A stretch of 12,270 nucleotides of DNA from the NCBI GenBank assembly GCA_048884965.1, contig JBHLQH010000065.1, positions 1-12,270 of the forward strand, written 5' to 3'. The notes below the pieces were generated by a model. The model did not search any database, was not told the DNA's origin, and saw nothing but the letters and a program-made list of their open reading frames with translations. A program made the position numbers and the translations under genes. The stretch comes from Candidatus Thorarchaeota archaeon. GTDB taxonomy: Archaea > Asgardarchaeota > Thorarchaeia > Thorarchaeales > Thorarchaeaceae. How positions within the stretch are numbered: the stretch's first letter is position 1; each line of letters begins with the position of its first letter. Shown one piece after another: positions 7,953-12,270 of this stretch.

Positions 7953-8186
7953 TCATGGTAGAGAAACGATACGCAGCGGAAGATAACTTGCTACTAATGC
8001 AAGAACAACAAGCATAGCTGGAACCACCGCGTAATACATGAGATGTGTTTCAGGGGGACCAATGAATAGATAGGTGACTAACCAGCCGGCGATATGTGCG
8101 ATTACCACGATCGCTACAAGTTTCTTCCAGATTGACTTTGGCTCATCCTCAATAGTTGTATCATCAATGATTACTTTTGACCCCAT
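7953..8186 (-). CDS. Small two-TM membrane protein (~77 aa)
   Basis: ATG 8186 preceded by GGAGG. Two hydrophobic segments (LVAIVVIAHIAGWLVTYLFI and LMYYAVVPAMLVVLALVASYL). Its stop abuts the stop of the convergent kinase-like gene. Confidence 0.75.
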   Translation of the reverse strand: MGSKVIIDDTTIEDEPKSIWKKLVAIVVIAHIAGWLVTYLFIGPPETHLMYYAVVPAMLVVLALVASYLPLRIVSLP

Positions 8187-8351
8187 ATCGAATCCTCCAA
8201 ATGATAGCAGGAGCATTTCGCCCTCCGAAATGAAAAGCACATTTCGAACTGAATAATATTCCGATGCAATTCTCTTCGATTTTTTAGATACTCCTGCCTA
8301 ATAATCAGCATGTAATACTTAGCGAGAGTAATTCTACTTGAGGTTAGATAT

Positions 8352-9062
8352 TTGCGGAGAAGGCTGTCCGGGTTCTTGGTTATACTAATGTTGGGGCAGT
8401 TCGCGCTACTAGTCTGCACTAGTCAAATAGCTCTCCAAGTTCTTGGATCTGAGAGGCTTGTCGGAGAAGGAGGAGGGTATAGTCACTGGAATGGAAATGC
8501 GATATTCTATTGCAATTTCACGCTTTCATCATATTCCGAGATGTTTGAATTTGCTAGCAAAGAAGTAGGATTTGAAGTACTGCTGTGCGTAGATGTAGAA
8601 ACGGGAGTGAATCTGACCATAGAAGAAATAGGATTCTACCTGACGCCATCGGATTATATCTTCTATAGGACAATGGACCCTCCAACAGTAGAGGTCGGTC
8701 ATCTGGATACCTCGTTCGAATTCCAGAATCTCAAGAATGTTACTATCAGTGGAGTAACTTCAATTGTAGCTCAAAGTGTCGAGGGAAGGTATTTCGATAA
8801 TCTATCCATCGGAATGGGCATACAGTATCGAATCCAGTCGAAATATGAGAATACTACCATTGCGTATTCGAGGACAATGATAAGTCGGTACATACTACCA
8901 TTCAAGGTGTATTCGGTAATCTTGAGATGGGACATCTGGATGATGACATTGATTTCAACAATTGCTGTAGGTGTGCTTGTTTTATTCTATAACGTCAAAT
9001 ATGGGACAGTTGGAGAACTAGGAACTACACAGGGCAAAGAGTTAATGTTGATCCGCATGTGA
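8352..9062 (+). CDS. Hypothetical surface glycoprotein with N-terminal signal/anchor and C-terminal TM helix
   Basis: TTG start after GAGG; MRRR followed by a hydrophobic stretch; beta-rich middle with five sequons (NFT, NLT, NVT, NLS, NTT); C-terminal TM IWMMTLISTIAVGVLVLFY. Confidence 0.75.
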   Translation: MRRRLSGFLVILMLGQFALLVCTSQIALQVLGSERLVGEGGGYSHWNGNAIFYCNFTLSSYSEMFEFASKEVGFEVLLCVDVETGVNLTIEEIGFYLTPSDYIFYRTMDPPTVEVGHLDTSFEFQNLKNVTISGVTSIVAQSVEGRYFDNLSIGMGIQYRIQSKYENTTIAYSRTMISRYILPFKVYSVILRWDIWMMTLISTIAVGVLVLFYNVKYGTVGELGTTQGKELMLIRM

Positions 9063-9071
9063 GCCTAGTCG

Positions 9072-9398
9072 GTGTGTACTGTGTCAGATATTGAGTCAAG
9101 CACAACAAAAATCATAGCAGAGTTGGTCATTGCTCCTTTCGGTGTAGGAACGAGTCTTAGCAAATATGTCAAGGAATCAGTTAAGGAACTTGACAAATTC
9201 CAGGGTATCAGAGTAATCCATACACCGATGAGCTCAATCATAGAGGCAGATACACTTGACCAGATACTCGAAGCGACCAAGCTAGCCCATGAGAAGATGT
9301 TCGAGGTAGGAGCGGAGAGAGTTTCGACATTGCTCAGAATAGATGACAGAAGAGATGTGCCTCGAAGAATGGAGGATAAAGTCAAATCTCTTTCATGA
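9072..9398 (+). CDS. MTH1187/YkoF-like (UPF0045) thiamine-binding family protein
   Basis: IAELVIAPFGVGTSLSKYV...TPMSSIIE...AHE.....GAERVSTLLRIDDRRD...MEDKVKS matches the family pattern. The true start may be GTG 9081, after GGTG. Confidence 0.9.
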   Translation: MCTVSDIESSTTKIIAELVIAPFGVGTSLSKYVKESVKELDKFQGIRVIHTPMSSIIEADTLDQILEATKLAHEKMFEVGAERVSTLLRIDDRRDVPRRMEDKVKSLS

Positions 9399-9473
9399 GC
9401 TTGTTCTATTATCTGGACGTCGTGTTCGAAACTCTGGAATTATATCGATATGACGCAATATCAAGATTGAAAG

Positions 9474-10025
9474 ATGATGATGGAAAGGAAAGTAATCGCA
9501 ATAGCTGTTGTGCTTGTAGCAGTAGTTGGAGTGAGTGGTTACGCTCTACTCTTAGGTTCAATTGGAACGACACAAGTCCCGCCTCCCAACGAACCTCCTG
9601 GGGATGAAACGATCATCATTACCGCAGGGGATGTTGTCCTTTGGGCAGAGGCCGAGTACTGGCAGGACTTCATGCCAAGTGATGACCCATCGCATCCATT
9701 CTTCGCAGTTATTCGAGTCAATATAACCAACAATGGAAATACCACCATAGAGAATCTCGGTGCTCTTCGAACAACAATATACTACAATGACACCCTAACC
9801 CCATTTGTCACTCTCAATTTGACTCAGGCAATTCAGACACTCGTGCCAATCACTGTAAGTCCAGGCGAGAGTATAGTTATCGAGTATATCAATGACAGAA
9901 GCACGGTTTTTTCACCTACCATAGATGAAGGAACTGGACTCTACTCCCAAGTTCTTTTCAGATGGGGAAGCGGCCAAGAGGCAATATTGACTACAACCCC
10001 GACAGAACTATATTTCACATTTTAG
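9474..10025 (+). CDS. Hypothetical N-terminally anchored surface protein with an Ig-like beta-sandwich
   Basis: TM segment VIAIAVVLVAVVGVSGYALLLG, Pro-rich linker VPPPNEPPG, strand patterns VIRVNITNNGNTTI and ITVSPGESIVI, and four sequons (NIT, NTT, NDT, NLT). Three consecutive ATGs make the exact start uncertain. Confidence 0.78.
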   Translation: MMMERKVIAIAVVLVAVVGVSGYALLLGSIGTTQVPPPNEPPGDETIIITAGDVVLWAEAEYWQDFMPSDDPSHPFFAVIRVNITNNGNTTIENLGALRTTIYYNDTLTPFVTLNLTQAIQTLVPITVSPGESIVIEYINDRSTVFSPTIDEGTGLYSQVLFRWGSGQEAILTTTPTELYFTF

Positions 10026-10053
10026 ATAACCAGTGCATTCGGTGATAACGAAA

Positions 10054-10236
10054 ATGCACTGTGAGAAATGCTCCAAGGAGGTCGTCATTATGGGAATCCC
10101 ATTAGATACGATCTCCAATGATGAGTTAGATAGGATTACAGAGGAGATTGAGAGAGAAGGAAAGTTGATTCTCTTCAATCCACCACCATTTAGGCCCTAT
10201 CACTGTCCAATCTGTGGATCCGAGCTGAATGATTAG
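10054..10236 (+). CDS. Small Zn-ribbon protein (CxxC...CPxCG, 60 aa)
   Basis: ATG 10054 preceded by GGTGA (10041-10045). CEKC near the N-terminus and CPICGSEL near the C-terminus. Confidence 0.8.
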   Translation: MHCEKCSKEVVIMGIPLDTISNDELDRITEEIEREGKLILFNPPPFRPYHCPICGSELND

Positions 10237-10293
10237 AGCCAAGGCAGACAAGATATTTGAAATGCCACTTTTGGAAACTGATAAATTGATGCT

Positions 10294-10522
10294 ATGTTAT
10301 GCATAATTCCATTATTGGGATTCAGATGACAAAATGTCATCTATGAGGAGGTTTGGTTTAAGCTGTCAAAGGATATGAAAATAGGTTCCTTTCTTATGAC
10401 CGGAATGGGAATCTTTGCGATACCTTGGTGGTAGCACAATAGCATTCGTCGTGGGATTGATATTATATGCGTTGGCAATAATCATTCCTGCCAAGGAGTT
10501 TCTCGGCAAGAAATCTGAGTGA
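10294..10522 (+). pseudogene. Probable decayed small membrane-protein gene
   Basis: One frame reads MLCIIPLLGFR*QNVIYEEVWFKLSKDMKIGSFLMTGMGIFAI (TGA at 10327). A +1 shift at ~10423 continues as LGGSTIAFVVGLILYALAIIIPAKEFLGKKSE* (stop 10520-10522), which is a clean TM helix with a basic tail. Confidence 0.45.
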
Positions 10523-10527
10523 AAGGA

Positions 10528-10794
10528 CTATCCTTTCCTCCAAATGTCAACTGAACTCTTTGAGAGTATGAGATAGTCGTAGTTCTCTCCAAGGACTTCC
10601 TTAATCTGTATTTTCTGATCTCCAGTCAGCTGCACGGCTTTCGAAGCCATCTTCGTAGTCCACATTTTTCCAAACGGGACATTAGCGGTTGTATCTAGCT
10701 GGATAGTCAGTTTTGCAGGACCGAAACCTGTAAGCATCTTAACATGCTCTCTTTGTCCAGCAGTGAGGGTTAGTATGATCGTCTTTGAGCCCAT
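10528..10794 (-). CDS. Small hypothetical protein (88 aa) with an internal duplication
   Basis: Has its own promoter and RBS (GTGGTG). Contains two copies of LTxxQxxx(V/I)KxxxGxxxxxLx(I/L). Confidence 0.78.
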   Translation of the reverse strand: MGSKTIILTLTAGQREHVKMLTGFGPAKLTIQLDTTANVPFGKMWTTKMASKAVQLTGDQKIQIKEVLGENYDYLILSKSSVDIWRKG

Positions 10795-10832
10795 AGCAAC
10801 ACCACAGTCCTTATTGTAAGGTAATTCCTTTC

Positions 10833-10848
10833 CTATAAACTTGTTTTC
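10833..10848 (-). promoter_or_regulatory. Archaeal BRE plus TATA box for the 88-aa gene
   Basis: The minus strand reads GAAAACAAG-TTTATAG, a purine-rich BRE immediately followed by TTTATA, about 40 nt upstream of the ATG. Confidence 0.6.
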
Positions 10849-10851
10849 CTT

Positions 10852-11979
10852 CTATGATTCTTCAAGCTTGTCAAGAGAACTAACGAACTTCTCAAGGCAT
10901 TCAGGTGTGTTCAAGAACACGATTCTAAGGTAGTTGTCACCAATAAATGGGTCAAATGCACTACCAGGAGTTGTAAGAATTGAATCTCTCTCTAGAAGTC
11001 TATAGGCGGTTTTCCAGTCGTTCCCGGGTATCCTCACATATTGGTATGTTGCACCTTTAGCCGCCACAGTCTGAAGGTTGTCTGAATTCTCAACTAGGTC
11101 TGTCAGATACTTGCTTCTGCGTTCGATCTCATTGAATTGCTCTTTCCGGTAGGTCTTATCTTCCTTCAATAGAAGGGCTGCGAGTCTTTGAGAGTGTAGG
11201 TTGACACCGAATCCGAGTTTCGCTATTCGTCGTATCTCTTGAAAGTCTGCATGGGCGTTCCCTTCAGGATCATGGAGTATGGTAAATCCAATCCGTATCT
11301 CTGGAGCCCGCCACACCTTGCTGAACCCATGCATATAGATGACTGGAATGTCTCTTGAGTGTGATAGGATTGACGTATACGGCACGAAAGACATCTCATC
11401 GTAGACCTCATCTGTAATGATTATCTGATCAAATTCCCCAGCGAGATTCACAATCTCTTGTATCGATTTTCTACTATGTACATCACCAGTTGGATTCGAA
11501 GGACTGACTAGTACAATGTAGCCCGGCTTCTTCCTCTTCCCAAGTTCTTGGCGGAGCATATCACAATCAATGGCCCATTCTAGTTCAGGAGTGCATCGTG
11601 CATACCATATATCAGATGTCTTTCGCATGTATTCGTACAGGGGCCCGTAGAAAGGAGTCTGAAGACCCATGGACTTCCCAGCCAATGCTATGGAAAGGAA
11701 TGCAAAGGCACCCCCTAAACCGTTTGAGATAATTACATCATCATCTTTCACGGATATTCCAGTGAATTCTTTCGTTCGCTGTACGATTCCACTCACAAGA
11801 TCAAGACTCGCATCCGGATAGCCTTTCTCATAGTCAGTACCCGATAGGAATTCAAAGATTGCTGGGTCTGGCCTGAACCCATACCGAGGCGGGTCGCATT
11901 GCGCGACATTGATGAGATTTGGAGTTGCATATGCTCGCTTGTTAAAGGTGTTCAGCTTGTCACTATAGCCCAATTCCAC
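10852..11979 (-). CDS. Class-I/II PLP-dependent aminotransferase (aspartate/alanine aminotransferase family)
   Basis: Motifs VIISNG, SPSNPTG, IITDEVY, GFSKVWRAPEIRIG (PLP lysine), PGSAF and YLRIVF. GTG start preceded by GGTGA. Confidence 0.92.
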   Translation of the reverse strand: MELGYSDKLNTFNKRAYATPNLINVAQCDPPRYGFRPDPAIFEFLSGTDYEKGYPDASLDLVSGIVQRTKEFTGISVKDDDVIISNGLGGAFAFLSIALAGKSMGLQTPFYGPLYEYMRKTSDIWYARCTPELEWAIDCDMLRQELGKRKKPGYIVLVSPSNPTGDVHSRKSIQEIVNLAGEFDQIIITDEVYDEMSFVPYTSILSHSRDIPVIYMHGFSKVWRAPEIRIGFTILHDPEGNAHADFQEIRRIAKLGFGVNLHSQRLAALLLKEDKTYRKEQFNEIERRSKYLTDLVENSDNLQTVAAKGATYQYVRIPGNDWKTAYRLLERDSILTTPGSAFDPFIGDNYLRIVFLNTPECLEKFVSSLDKLEES

Positions 11980-12076
11980 TACTGGTCACCACACACATTC
12001 TCTTTTGACACAAGCCAACTTTCATTAGTTTTGGTTATGACACAGTTGGAGAATACAAAAGGAGTGACATATATCC

Positions 12077-12270
12077 TTGGATAAAGCTTCAATCGATTCC
12101 TTGTTCCAGTATCACTTCGAGTTCAACCGTAGACTGTTTGACTATTGTACAACAAAACTATCTGAGAGAGATTTCAAGAAGGACTTCGACTATTCTCTCG
12201 GTTCCATCCGGAACCTCTTCGTACACATCATGAGTGTTGATGATAGATGGTTCTCTGGATTACGCAAAGT
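12077..12270 (+). CDS. DinB/YfiT-like four-helix-bundle protein, 5' part (continues past the right edge)
   Basis: Not in the ORF track. TTG 12077 after GGAGTGA translates as MDKASIDSLFQYHFEFNRRLFDYCTTKLSERDFKKDFDYSLGSIRNLFVHIMSVDDRWFSGLRK..., with the DinB pattern Y...N..L...GSI....H....D..W. Confidence 0.85.
   Translation, partial: MDKASIDSLFQYHFEFNRRLFDYCTTKLSERDFKKDFDYSLGSIRNLFVHIMSVDDRWFSGLRK

Noticed and set aside
8207-8297. tRNA interpretation of the structured element
   Set aside because: No convincing D arm, anticodon arm or T arm in the correct cloverleaf spacing.
10327-10329. In-frame TGA as possible selenocysteine recoding
   Set aside because: No redox motif context or recognisable SECIS, and a further frameshift is needed downstream, so decay is the simpler explanation.
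8074-12084. ORFs 8074-8256, 8171-8419, 9065-9385, 9395-9607, 9539-9748, 11223-11411 and 11899-12084
   Set aside because: Shadow or overlapping frames of better-supported genes, with no motif support.
12077-12270. dinB as DNA polymerase IV
   Set aside because: The sequence matches the unrelated DinB/YfiT helical-bundle family, not a Y-family polymerase.

Overview
Gene-dense prokaryotic window, most likely archaeal. Asgard (Thorarchaeia-like) origin is an inference from GGAGG/GGTGA ribosome-binding sites, frequent TTG/GTG starts, a BRE+TTTATA promoter and several surface proteins rich in N-glycosylation sequons. I found no rRNA, tRNA, CRISPR array or transposase. Left to right: (1) an ORF of at least 708 codons on the minus strand, missing from the ORF track because it runs off the left edge, with a helical N-terminus, an alpha/beta domain, a coiled coil and two C-terminal TM helices (CorA/DUF155-like, no GMN motif); (2) a GNAT acetyltransferase 17 nt upstream of it; (3) a secreted permuted NlpC/P60 (YiiX/YaeF-type) enzyme fused to a C2-like domain; (4) a membrane-anchored six-bladed Kelch propeller; (5) a tightly coupled pair of an atypical class-III PLP enzyme and a protein-kinase-like (DUF6206-type) protein; (6) small membrane and surface proteins, an MTH1187/YkoF-family protein, a Zn-ribbon protein, a frameshifted remnant and a small internally duplicated protein; (7) a class-I/II aminotransferase; (8) the 5' part of a DinB/YfiT-family gene, also missing from the track. 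The best candidates for an undescribed system are the PLP enzyme/kinase pair, the NlpC/P60-C2 fusion and the GNAT/CorA-like operon. All family calls come from reading motifs by eye, not from database searches.
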